From NCBI GenBank assembly GCA_963818475.1, contig CAWFSF010000002.1, positions 480,001 to 544,000 on the forward strand: a stretch of 64,000 bases of DNA, written 5' to 3'. The position numbers and the translations under genes were made by a program. Under the pieces are notes generated by a model. That model ran no database searches. It saw nothing but the letters and a program-made list of their open reading frames with translations, and was not told the DNA's origin. The DNA is from Nitrospirota bacterium. GTDB taxonomy: Bacteria; Nitrospirota; UBA9217. Positions 1-8,194 of the stretch are shown here, one piece after another (positions within the stretch are counted from its first letter, which is position 1; each line of letters opens with the position of its first letter).

Positions 1-971
1 AGCGCGATGACGAGATAATGCCAGAGCGCAACGAGCTTCAGCGATTCCAGCAGGTCAATGAGCTTCTTCAGCAGTTTCTTCGGGATGATGTCGTAGACGG
101 TCTCGATGATCTTGAAGAAGACCGGGATGAACGAGACGACGAGGAGGTGCGAAGAGACCAGTGTCTGGATGCCGCGGTCCTTCCTTGTGCTTGCAGTGTT
201 CCAGACATAAAAGATCGCTAAGAGCGGAAGCAGGAAAATCATCTGCATGCCCAGTCTTTTGACTGGGTGCCAGAAGTACATGCGTTGGAGATCGGACCTC
301 AGCCGTTCCCGCTCAGCCGGCTGCAGGACCTTAATTTTTTCCCAGAACAGGCCGACCTTTTCGTTCCCATTGATCTTCTCTTCCGCCCCCGCAATCTGAG
401 CGCGCAGGGTGTTCAGGGCGTTTGATTTCTCCTGAATATCCTTCTTAATGTTGTCGACATTCGCCTGTCCTTCCTTCTGTTCAGCAATGGTCTCCAGAAG
501 AGAGGTGTCGTAGGCTCCCTTCAGATTACCGATTTCCCGCTGAAGCTCCCTAGCTTCGCGGTCGAAGTTGTTCCGATCGTCAAAAAGGGCGGTCAACTCC
601 TTGTCGTTCTTTATCTGGTCAAGAAGGTCAAGATAGGGCGAGCAGACCGGATGGTGCTCTTTATTTTTCTCTTCGATCTGATAATAGCTGTTGCGGTGCG
701 AGAGGATGATGCCGGAAAGATTCTCCATCCGGTTCGTGGGATTCCAGTCCCGGTTCAGGACGATCTCCCTGCAGGAATAAGGAATGTAGTCGTCTGGAGC
801 GGAGAGCTGTTGGGTGTGTTTATCAAGGCCGTCGAATATCGAAAAGAGGATAAAGATGTCGAGGAAAAGAATGATGATCAGCGAAGCCTTGCTGATTGGC
901 TGGCTGTCAAGACTGGTGAGATTGGATTTGATCCTGAATAATCTGTCCTTCATCGCTCCCAATATGCTCAT
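1..971 (-). CDS. Hypothetical membrane protein with coiled-coil region (3' end runs off the window)
   Basis: Manual translation from ATG at 971 after an AGGGAG RBS: MSILGAMKDRLFRIKSNLTSLDSQPISKASLIIILFLDIFILFSIFDGL..., open to position 1. It has an N-terminal TM, a coiled-coil middle and C-terminal TMs. It is missing from the ORF track because the stop lies outside the window. Confidence 0.75.
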   Translation of the reverse strand, partial: MSILGAMKDRLFRIKSNLTSLDSQPISKASLIIILFLDIFILFSIFDGLDKHTQQLSAPDDYIPYSCREIVLNRDWNPTNRMENLSGIILSHRNSYYQIEEKNKEHHPVCSPYLDLLDQIKNDKELTALFDDRNNFDREARELQREIGNLKGAYDTSLLETIAEQKEGQANVDNIKKDIQEKSNALNTLRAQIAGAEEKINGNEKVGLFWEKIKVLQPAERERLRSDLQRMYFWHPVKRLGMQMIFLLPLLAIFYVWNTASTRKDRGIQTLVSSHLLVVSFIPVFFKIIETVYDIIPKKLLKKLIDLLESLKLVALWHYLVIA

Positions 972-1128
972 CGTTTCTCCCTTTAATGAACGTATTCGCT
1001 GCAGCTTGACCTTCGAAGCTGTTTGATGGCTGCCTTTTGTGGCGTGTTATTGCAACCTCTCCTTTTGGGTAATGACCAAAATCAACAGCTTGTCGCTGGA
1101 TCAAGATGCGGTCTTTATCCTAAAAACG

Positions 1129-1272
1129 GCATTTGGACACGGAAGAATCGGAAACATCTGATTAACGCGGATAAATTCTAAAGCAAAGCATTCACCTATT
1201 GGGTGAACTTCTTATAAAAGAACTAATCCGCCGTTATCCGGCTCTTATCCGTGTTAATCCGTGTCCAAATGC
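1129..1272. repeat. MITE-like inverted-repeat element, copy 1
   Basis: 15-bp terminal inverted repeats GCATTTGGACACGGA / TCCGTGTCCAAATGC; internal hairpin TTCACC-TATTG-GGTGAA; near-identical inverted copy at 60314-60475. Confidence 0.85.
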
Positions 1273-1284
1273 TTTTTTTCAGGT

Positions 1285-1626
1285 TCATAACCCCGACTTG
1301 CCGAGCAGCGCCCAAACAGCAAGAGCTGCGCCGAAGAGAGCGAGAATGACCGCAGCCGCGGCAAGCCGTTTGATCACCTTGATCTCTTGATGAAGCGCTG
1401 CAGCGCTGGCATCAATACCCTCCAGGGTCTCTTTCACTTGGGTGGCCAACGCCTTTACTGATTCGGCATTCCGGGTTACTGCAGCTTGAAGTTCTTCAAT
1501 TTGTGTTGGCACAACCTCTGCCGCCTTCTCCCGGCCGGGCTTTGAGGTGAAAGCGGGGATTGCTGCTGAAACGATTTGCGTTATGTAGGGGAGCGCCGCC
1601 TTCAGTACGGGAATCCACGCAGCCAT
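1285..1626 (-). CDS. Hypothetical coiled-coil protein with C-terminal TM helix
   Basis: 113-aa ORF with GGAGG RBS, heptad-like middle and hydrophobic C-terminus. Confidence 0.75.
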   Translation of the reverse strand: MAAWIPVLKAALPYITQIVSAAIPAFTSKPGREKAAEVVPTQIEELQAAVTRNAESVKALATQVKETLEGIDASAAALHQEIKVIKRLAAAAVILALFGAALAVWALLGKSGL

Positions 1627-1707
1627 GTTATACCTCCGTTCTAAGAAAAAGGGAATGGAAGAAGCCTATCGATGAAGGTCATACGCTGCGAATGCTTTCC
1701 TCCTCCG

Positions 1708-2935
1708 CTAGTTCTCATTTCCCTGCTGCTCCGTCTCGACCTCATACCAGTTGATCTTTCGCGTCATATACATCACTACGGCAAGAATGATCAAGAGCCC
1801 GATACTGCCCATGATGAGCGCGTAATCCTCGAGCTGCAGAATTATAAACAGGTAGGAATACAGGACCGTCAGTATCCCCAGGATGGTGAGCGCAAATCTT
1901 GAATTGGATACGATCGCCTTTGCGTACCCCGAGATCATAAGCGTAACAGCGGTGGCCGACAGGAGGTAGGCATAATTAAAATGCATATGCTCGGACAATG
2001 ACAATACCAGTGTGTAAAAAATCAGGATTGCCATCCCAATGAGGATGTATTGAATGGGATGAACTCTCCGTTTATTGATTATTTCGGAAAAGAAGAACGC
2101 CGCAAAGGTGAAAACGAGGAACATGATCGAATATTTAGCAAGCCGCGTCGATTTCTGGTAAACATCGGCTGTCAGGATCAACTGCAGTCCGAAGGCCGAT
2201 GGTTCAACCTTATATTGAGCGCCTTCCCAGAATTGCGGGTAGTTTCTGTTCAGGTGCAGTATCTTCCAGCTTGCGGAAAAACCGTCTTTTTTCACCTCGC
2301 GGGCGACCGGCAGGAACGCGCCATTAAAGCTTGGCGAAGGCCAGCTTGAATTGATCTTGACCGTATTGGACTCGCCAACGGGGATAAGGCTTATCTGTTC
2401 GCTGCCGTTCAGGTTCAAGGCAAAGGAAAACTTGTTGGGCGCGTTCGGCGTCAAGGACCTGATCAGCGTGCCGACGCCTGCTTCGGCAAGATCGGTCGTC
2501 TTGAGCCCCGGGCTGGCATTATAGGCCACGCCGTTGAAGTTAAGGACGATCTTGTCCTGTATCCCGCGCATATCGGTAATGCCGAGCGAGAGATAGGCCT
2601 TGTCCCAGAGGATGTTCTTTTGATCGATGTTCAGCTGGCTCATGGGCGGCAGTTTGAAGTTTCCGCTGAACTGGAGCTTGACATTATAGAGGACCGCCTC
2701 AAAGAGGCTTCGATAGCGCACTTCGGGTTTTATTTCGCCGATTACATCCACTGTTTCAGGCAGGATGTGCAGATAGTTGAGATTGAATTGTGTTTTTCCA
2801 TCGTCGTCTTTGAAAAATGTCTTGAAGGGGACGGTAATGAACGGCCCGGTTATCGTCTGACGGTCTCCCCATTTTTGGCTGATCTCGTGCACGACCGAAT
2901 CTCGTCGATCCTGTCGTTCGCTTATCAGGCTTTGG
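1708..2935 (-). pseudogene. creD: Inner membrane protein CreD, 5'-truncated
   Basis: CreD motifs (SLISERQDRR..VVHEISQKWG, SSWPSPSFNGAFLP, VHPIQYILIG, LQLEDYALIMGS, MYMTRKINWY). Homology starts near 2935; the start codon and first TM are missing and there is an in-frame stop upstream. Confidence 0.8.
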
Positions 2936-2946
2936 TACTGCCTGGT

Positions 2947-2975
2947 GTCGGGTTCGCAAGGTCGCTCTACCCGAC
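2947..2975. repeat. REP-like palindrome at the creD truncation point
   Basis: GTCGGGT...ACCCGAC inverted repeat. Confidence 0.5.
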
Positions 2976-3066
2976 CAACGAGCTACCGCCACATTGCTCC
3001 TTCGAATAAAGCAGATCCGGGTTCAATGCCATCACATGATACATGCCGTTCAAATTAGCGATCATG

Positions 3067-3768
3067 TCAAGGAACATCGCTTTCTTCCCACGTTACTTCT
3101 TTCATATCAGGAAGAGCTGACAGACGTTTAACAATATCGGACCAGTGTTTTTGACTTTCGTCGCTGTGATGCAGCCGCATGCGGTACGTAACGGTATTTG
3201 CGGAAATGTCCCTGTGGTAATTAACGAACTGGAGAGAGAGGTCTTTGTATTCGGCGAGAAGCTCTTTGATGTGACCCAGGAGCCCTTCCGTGGTAACTGC
3301 CTTCACCGTGAGGCTTGTGTAAATTCTACGGTGAGAAAGGGCTTTTACCGGGTAGGCGAGATAGAGACTCGCAAGAATAATGGCCGTCGTTACTAAGGCG
3401 GTGATAATGTATCCTGCACCGACAGCAAGGCCGATACCGGTAGCCGCCCAGAGCCCCGCAGCAGTGGTCAATCCTCGCACGGAACCCTTGCCTTTAATTA
3501 TCGCGCCAGCCCCCAGAAAACCCATGCTGGCAATTGCATAGGAAGCGATTCTGCCGGGATCAAGACGTACCACGGATTTATCTGAGAGAGTTCGATAGAG
3601 CTCCTCCATGTGCAGGGAGAGCATCATCATGAGGCAGGAGGCCACGCCGACGATAACGTAGGTCCTGAATCCGGCTGCCTGTCCGTGAGCTTCACGCTCA
3701 AATCCTATTGCACCTCCAACAGCCGCTGCGAGCAATAGCTTGCCGATATCATACGTGATCGTGTCCAT
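3067..3768 (-). CDS. MgtC/SapB family membrane protein
   Basis: GGAIGFERE, AGFRTY, DPGRIAS, MGFLGAGAII, VRGLTTAAGLW motifs plus a C-terminal ACT-like domain. Confidence 0.92.
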   Translation of the reverse strand: MDTITYDIGKLLLAAAVGGAIGFEREAHGQAAGFRTYVIVGVASCLMMMLSLHMEELYRTLSDKSVVRLDPGRIASYAIASMGFLGAGAIIKGKGSVRGLTTAAGLWAATGIGLAVGAGYIITALVTTAIILASLYLAYPVKALSHRRIYTSLTVKAVTTEGLLGHIKELLAEYKDLSLQFVNYHRDISANTVTYRMRLHHSDESQKHWSDIVKRLSALPDMKEVTWEESDVP

Positions 3769-3814
3769 AGAATTAACTCCATGCCCTGTTATATTCGTTC
3801 TTAGTCCCCGTGCG

Positions 3815-3873
3815 GTTTAACGATGAGTTGAGCCCCGCGCCGGAGAGCGCGGGGCTCGAACGACTTGTTAGCT
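3815..3873 (-). other. attC site (59 bp) closing cassette 4
   Basis: Minus strand: AGCTAAC (R'') ... GAGCCCCGCGC-loop-GCGCGGGGCTC ... GTTAAAC (R'); overlaps the stop codon of the cassette gene. Confidence 0.9.
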
Positions 3874-4377
3874 TTTATATAGGTCTGACCACGCCAGTCT
3901 CTCCTCAAGCAGTTCATCAATCTCTGAGGTATCTAAATTGATAAGAAGGGCACCGATCTTGTGATCCCCCCTAGCAAGTGCAAGCGCGCCCAGAATACTT
4001 CTGATGAGAAGTGGATCTGTTGTATTCTGCAAATCTGCGATTCCGAGCTGAAGCAGCTTTTGCCAAGCTTGTTCATATTCTTTGAGTAGCCATGAAGGAA
4101 TGGCCGGATTAGCTTTCCGATGCCTTTCAATTTCAATTGTTGATATCAACGCATAAAGATTCCAGTCTCGCTCAGCAACTGTCTGGCTAATTTTCACAAT
4201 ATGGGGTACTGCTGCGTAAGATGCCTCGCCAACATCGCCTTGATGATGTAGATTCTCCCAAAGCTCGCCCCAGACTGCTTTATCAAGTTCAAGTTTCCGC
4301 AGGGCAGGCGTTGGGTCGTATTCAATCTTGTATCCGCCCTTAAGCTTTTGCCATCTTGGGTCATCGAGTTCCATCAT
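3868..4377 (-). CDS. Integron cassette 4: hypothetical alpha-helical protein (WENLHHQGDVGEASYAAVPH motif)
   Basis: 169-aa ORF bounded by attC sites; the cassette starts GTTAGCT, complementary to its own R'' AGCTAAC. Confidence 0.85.
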   Translation of the reverse strand: MMELDDPRWQKLKGGYKIEYDPTPALRKLELDKAVWGELWENLHHQGDVGEASYAAVPHIVKISQTVAERDWNLYALISTIEIERHRKANPAIPSWLLKEYEQAWQKLLQLGIADLQNTTDPLLIRSILGALALARGDHKIGALLINLDTSEIDELLEERLAWSDLYKS

Positions 4378-4385
4378 ATTCCCTC

Positions 4386-4441
4386 AGCTAACGCGGAGTT
4401 CACACGCCGCGAAGCGGTCGGCGTGGAACGACAAGTTTGAC
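4386..4441 (-). other. attC site (56 bp) closing cassette 3
   Basis: Minus strand: GTCAAAC ... CACGCCGACCGC-TTC-GCGGCGTG ... GTTAGCT. Confidence 0.85.
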
Positions 4442-4455
4442 TTCGGCATTAACTA

Positions 4456-4893
4456 CTAGTCGCCTATGAAGCGGATAAAGTGATGTGGCCCTGCGTTCGC
4501 CGTCTCTTGTAAAAGTTTCAAGACTTTTTCTATGTGCAACTTCATTTTAGTGAGTTCTGATTTTAGCTCAAATTCACTCGCATTTGTTCGAGTTTCATAC
4601 TCCTTTACGATGGTTGCATCCCAGTTCGCACGACGTGCGGCCTTCAACCCTTCTTCTCTATATGCACGTAGACGCTTCGTTGTGATTACGGCTAAAGCTG
4701 CCCTGAACTCGTCAATAAGTATCGGAATCTGTAATTGATTAAATATCGTGTCGCCGTATGGATCAATGAATCCGAGACATCTCGTTCCTTCCAGTTTTGC
4801 AGTGCCTAACAGGAGGCTGACAAACCCGCGTGGGTCGCCAAGCGTCTCTTCATCAGCCTTATCCGACGGCTCAATTTTCAAATCAATACCCAT
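4456..4893 (-). CDS. Integron cassette 3: hypothetical protein (CLGFIDPYGDTIFNQLQ motif)
   Basis: True start is probably the ATG at 4893 (MGIDLKIEP...), just after the attC R' GTTGGAC. The ORF-track extension to 4989 reads through the attC. Confidence 0.8.
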   Translation of the reverse strand: MGIDLKIEPSDKADEETLGDPRGFVSLLLGTAKLEGTRCLGFIDPYGDTIFNQLQIPILIDEFRAALAVITTKRLRAYREEGLKAARRANWDATIVKEYETRTNASEFELKSELTKMKLHIEKVLKLLQETANAGPHHFIRFIGD

Positions 4894-4904
4894 AATTATA
4901 TACC

Positions 4905-4976
4905 GTCCAACGACCAAGCTCAGCCGAGGAAGGCCACAAACGCGGCCTGACGTCGGCTGGAGCACTCGTGCTATGT
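4905..4976 (-). other. attC site (72 bp) closing cassette 2; R'' core altered
   Basis: Minus strand: ACATAGC (AAC->AGC) ... CAGCCGA..AGGCC-loop-GGCCT..TCGGCTG ... GTTGGAC. Confidence 0.8.
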
Positions 4977-4981
4977 TGCTG

Positions 4982-5245
4982 CTAGGCACCGAAGAAGACC
5001 CAACTGCTGGACGAACGAGTGACCAAATCTTCTTCGGTTTGAAAAACCCGGACTACCTCGTTTGGATTAAACGGCATTTCCTTCTCACCCTGCACGGAGA
5101 AAACTTCGTTCGGATAGACGAGCAGCACCTTGTGAATGATTCTTCCGTTCGCAAGCTCTACGCTGACAATCGAGCCGTCCTGTTTGAATTCTTCAAATGG
5201 ACCATAGCGACGAATCACATCAATTGGAATTTCATATTTAGCCAT
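4982..5245 (-). CDS. Integron cassette 2: small hypothetical protein
   Basis: 87-aa ORF between two attC sites; the cassette start ATTATGTTGC mirrors its end GCAACATAGC. Confidence 0.8.
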   Translation of the reverse strand: MAKYEIPIDVIRRYGPFEEFKQDGSIVSVELANGRIIHKVLLVYPNEVFSVQGEKEMPFNPNEVVRVFQTEEDLVTRSSSSWVFFGA

Positions 5246-5265
5246 AGGTACTCAGCTCTTTTGCA

Positions 5266-5330
5266 ACATAATGCTCAGCTAAGGGGCGCGGTGGTCTTTT
5301 GCCGCGTCCCTCTTGAGCGTTTTGTTATAT
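5266..5330 (-). other. attC site (65 bp) closing cassette 1; R' core altered
   Basis: Minus strand: ATATAAC ... GCTCAAGAGGGACGCGG...CCGCGCCCCTTAGCTGAGC ATTATGT (GTT->ATT). Confidence 0.85.
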
Positions 5331-6169
5331 TTTTCTACTGGCTTAACACCCTCAACAATTGATGTGGGCTTACTACCTTTAAGTTCTTTTTCTAGCGTTA
5401 ACGGCCCGATTTCTTCTGGTTTAAATGAGATGTTATTTTCTGAAGAGATTTTGCGGATTGTATATGTTCGAATTACTTGTTTCGTAATCCTATTAATAGG
5501 GGCACTCACAACAGTGTCTCCATATTGACGCAAAACAACCTCGTCATCACTCCCTATGACAAGCAAATATTCCACTTGACGTCGTGCTGTTCCGAGTCCG
5601 GCAGAGTATGAAATTGTAAGTAAAAAAATGGTTACTAAAACAACCATGATCCAGCTGACACCGTAATACCTTGAAATATTATCAAGCACGGTATCATAAC
5701 GTAAATCTTCTTCATGTCTGTGCTGAATGCGCTCGGCATAGCTTCGCTTATCTCGGAATGCTAAAGCCGGAAGAATGAAGTCAAAGAAAACCATAAGACC
5801 AAAAAGAATCCAAAGATATTTTAAATTCGCAATATTTTCTCCGGCTATTAACACATAAGCTATGAATACTAAGAGAAAACCATTGTAAAGCCTTAAACGT
5901 CGCCGAATAGGAGTTGGAAGTTTTATCCACAACGGATTGAAGACCTCGGCAGTCTGCCAGAGTAAAAATATGATACCTAGTAAGTAAACAAAAGCAAGAA
6001 ATGTTCCAGGCAATGTGATTTCTATTAGTTGAGCTGATATCCCATAATATTTGACAATACCCAATTCATATACATATGCGACTGCATATGAGAAGGCCGG
6101 AAAAGCGGCGATCAACAGAGCGCTAGAAATCCAAGTCTCTTTTTTGTTTGATTCGTTTTCTGTATTCAT
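5279..6169 (-). CDS. Integron cassette 1: multi-pass membrane hypothetical protein
   Basis: 296 aa, about 5 TM segments, AT-rich; the C-terminus (YNKTLKRDAAKDHRAP) is encoded by the attC itself. Confidence 0.85.
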   Translation of the reverse strand: MNTENESNKKETWISSALLIAAFPAFSYAVAYVYELGIVKYYGISAQLIEITLPGTFLAFVYLLGIIFLLWQTAEVFNPLWIKLPTPIRRRLRLYNGFLLVFIAYVLIAGENIANLKYLWILFGLMVFFDFILPALAFRDKRSYAERIQHRHEEDLRYDTVLDNISRYYGVSWIMVVLVTIFLLTISYSAGLGTARRQVEYLLVIGSDDEVVLRQYGDTVVSAPINRITKQVIRTYTIRKISSENNISFKPEEIGPLTLEKELKGSKPTSIVEGVKPVEKYNKTLKRDAAKDHRAP

Positions 6170-6175
6170 AGCAAT

Positions 6176-6192
6176 TTATAACCAGTTATTGA
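6176..6192 (-). other. Candidate attI simple site
   Basis: Minus strand CAATAACTG-GTTATAA immediately before cassette 1; GTTATA matches that cassette's R'' (TATAAC); no attC hairpin upstream. Confidence 0.55.
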
Positions 6193-6206
6193 CTATAAGT
6201 AAATCG

Positions 6207-6318
6207 GTTTGTAATATTACAAACAAGTTTATAATATTAGATGCCGGTTTGTAATAGTATAAACTTCCAAGGTTTGTAGTATTACAAACCCGACTTAATC
6301 ACTTGGGTTTCTAATATT
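6207..6318. repeat. Array of five 18-bp palindromes (consensus GTTTGTAATATTACAAAC)
   Basis: Copies start at 6207 (perfect), 6227, 6247, 6272 and 6307. The last is split by the IS and continues at 8195-8200. Confidence 0.85.
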
Positions 6319-8188
6319 GATGGTCTCGTAAGAAGTCACGCAGCAAAAAACGCCGCGAATTGCATATCCGACCACTGGAGACTGCCCCAACATCTAATGG
6401 CCGCCATAACTCGCTGCAATCGCTCTTTGAAAGCGCAAGACGACAAGGAAAAGGTGCCTATCGGAGCCGGTTTCCCTTCGGTTTCCCGGTTTCGATACGC
6501 CGCCGCCCGGATGATATTGATCCCCGCCGCTTTTAAGTAAGCGGCGCAGCTCACTGCGGACATGCCCCGAACGCGAAGGTTCTTGATTCCGGTCAAGCGA
6601 TCAAGCTGGGACATGGTCCCTTCGATTCCCGCACGAAAGCGGTACCGGTCCCGAAACTCCGGGGAGTCTTCGTACACACGCCGCCGTGCCAGACGGATTG
6701 CTTTAACGTCGTACCTGAGAGAGCGTCCATGTTTGATAGCTTTCGTCGGGCACGTTTTCTTTCGGGAACAGCCGCGACAGGTTCTTTTTGAGAAAAACGC
6801 GAAGTACTTCTCAGTCTGGCTTTCGGTGTGTTCCGGCGCACATCCCATCGGACATGCGGTTACCTCGTTCACACTGTTCATGGTGAATTCCGTGAGCGAC
6901 GAAGCCTTGGGTCCTGTGCCCTTGACCGGCGAAACGATTTCAACACCCAGAGCTGCCGCCTTCCGGCAGTTCTCGTAACCGCCATAAAGGGTATCGGCCA
7001 GGGCTTCCTTCGGCTTCAGGCCAAGCTCCTCGGTGGTTTCGATGAGCGGGATCAGGGCATGAGCATCGCGCTTGTGGGCAGGTTCGACGATCACACCGGT
7101 GATCAAATTCAGGGTGTCGATATCCTCGGAAGTGCCGTAGCTTTCGGCGACCTGCATCTGATAGCCTTGGCCCTTATAGCCGCTATATCCGGCCTCAGGG
7201 TCGGAAGGGTTCTGCAATGAGTCAGACGAGACGTCTTTGTTCTCTTTGACCAAGACCTGGGTTGTATGCGTATCAACACGCTCCAGGATGCACTGTTCCT
7301 TGAGCAGCCGGACAAGGAACTGATAGCTGGTCATGGTGACAACCGGCTCGTTTCCCCTGAAACGTTCCACCAGGGTGAATACGTCCTCAGCCAGGCTTGC
7401 AAGTGTCTTCGTCGATTCCGAAGGCTTGATCATCGAGAAGACGCCTTCACCCTGCTTGGTCATGTACCGATCGGAGAGAGTCTTGTCCAAAGCTTCGTAG
7501 AGCTCTTTATGATGGCGCTTGAGGTTTACGAGGAACTTCTTGATGGTCTTGACGAACAGTCCGATCCGGCCCAAATGGCGCATGTTGGAAAAGATATGGA
7601 CCGAGTCGAAACGCTGTTTTGATACGTCAACGGAAAAGACCTCGGCAAGTTTCTTGGTAACGTCATCGAAGATATCCTGGTACAGGTTCCGCTCGGTCAG
7701 GACATTCCGCATGGTCCAGAGGGTTTTGGGACTGACATAAGCGTCGGCATCGGCCGTACTGGTAATGTTCAGCGCGTAATGCCACTGGAGATTGTAGGCA
7801 TACTGGTCTACTGCTTCCTCGTCGGTCATATCGTGCATCTGCTGGATCATCATGAGGCCGAGCATGGCGTAAAGCTCCTTGGTCGGCGCTCCCATGACCG
7901 GGTTGTACTTGGAGAAGACCTTCTCGACCGGAAGTGTAGGGAGGATGTGTTCCCGAAAGATCTTTGCCCAGGACGCCTCGATGCGTTGCTTTCGCTTGGG
8001 ACCCAGGAAGGGAAACTGGTCGAACATGTCGTGGGTTTTGTGATCCTTAGTATAGATCATGCCGGCTCCTCAAATGCGATGAGTGATACCGTTGTGTATC
8101 ACAAAACCCCTTGTGCTGCAAAGGAAATATGATGATTCATGCGATTATTTTTGGCTGATTATGCAAATATTATTCTTACGAGACCATC
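6319..8188 (-). mobile_element. IS1182-like insertion sequence (DDE transposase), complete
   Basis: 16-bp TIRs GATGGTCTCGTAAGAA (6319-6334) / TTCTTACGAGACCATC (8173-8188); 6-bp target duplication AATATT (6313-6318, 8189-8194). Confidence 0.9.
6336..8060 (-). CDS. Transposase (DUF772-like N-terminus, DDE core, Cys-rich insertion)
   Basis: 574 aa; QRFDSVHI, LQNPSDPEAGY, ALADTLYG, YRFRAGIEGTMSQL motifs; family assignment from motif recognition only. Confidence 0.88.
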   Translation of the reverse strand: MIYTKDHKTHDMFDQFPFLGPKRKQRIEASWAKIFREHILPTLPVEKVFSKYNPVMGAPTKELYAMLGLMMIQQMHDMTDEEAVDQYAYNLQWHYALNITSTADADAYVSPKTLWTMRNVLTERNLYQDIFDDVTKKLAEVFSVDVSKQRFDSVHIFSNMRHLGRIGLFVKTIKKFLVNLKRHHKELYEALDKTLSDRYMTKQGEGVFSMIKPSESTKTLASLAEDVFTLVERFRGNEPVVTMTSYQFLVRLLKEQCILERVDTHTTQVLVKENKDVSSDSLQNPSDPEAGYSGYKGQGYQMQVAESYGTSEDIDTLNLITGVIVEPAHKRDAHALIPLIETTEELGLKPKEALADTLYGGYENCRKAAALGVEIVSPVKGTGPKASSLTEFTMNSVNEVTACPMGCAPEHTESQTEKYFAFFSKRTCRGCSRKKTCPTKAIKHGRSLRYDVKAIRLARRRVYEDSPEFRDRYRFRAGIEGTMSQLDRLTGIKNLRVRGMSAVSCAAYLKAAGINIIRAAAYRNRETEGKPAPIGTFSLSSCAFKERLQRVMAAIRCWGSLQWSDMQFAAFFAA

Positions 8189-8194
8189 AATATT

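Noticed and set aside
3067-3768. mgtC-like gene as a fifth integron cassette
   Set aside because: No downstream attC hairpin, and no R'' box complementary to GTTAAAC after the stop codon.
6207-6318. Palindrome array as a CRISPR array
   Set aside because: Repeats are 18 bp with gaps of only 2-17 bp, there are no unique spacers of CRISPR length, and no cas genes are present.
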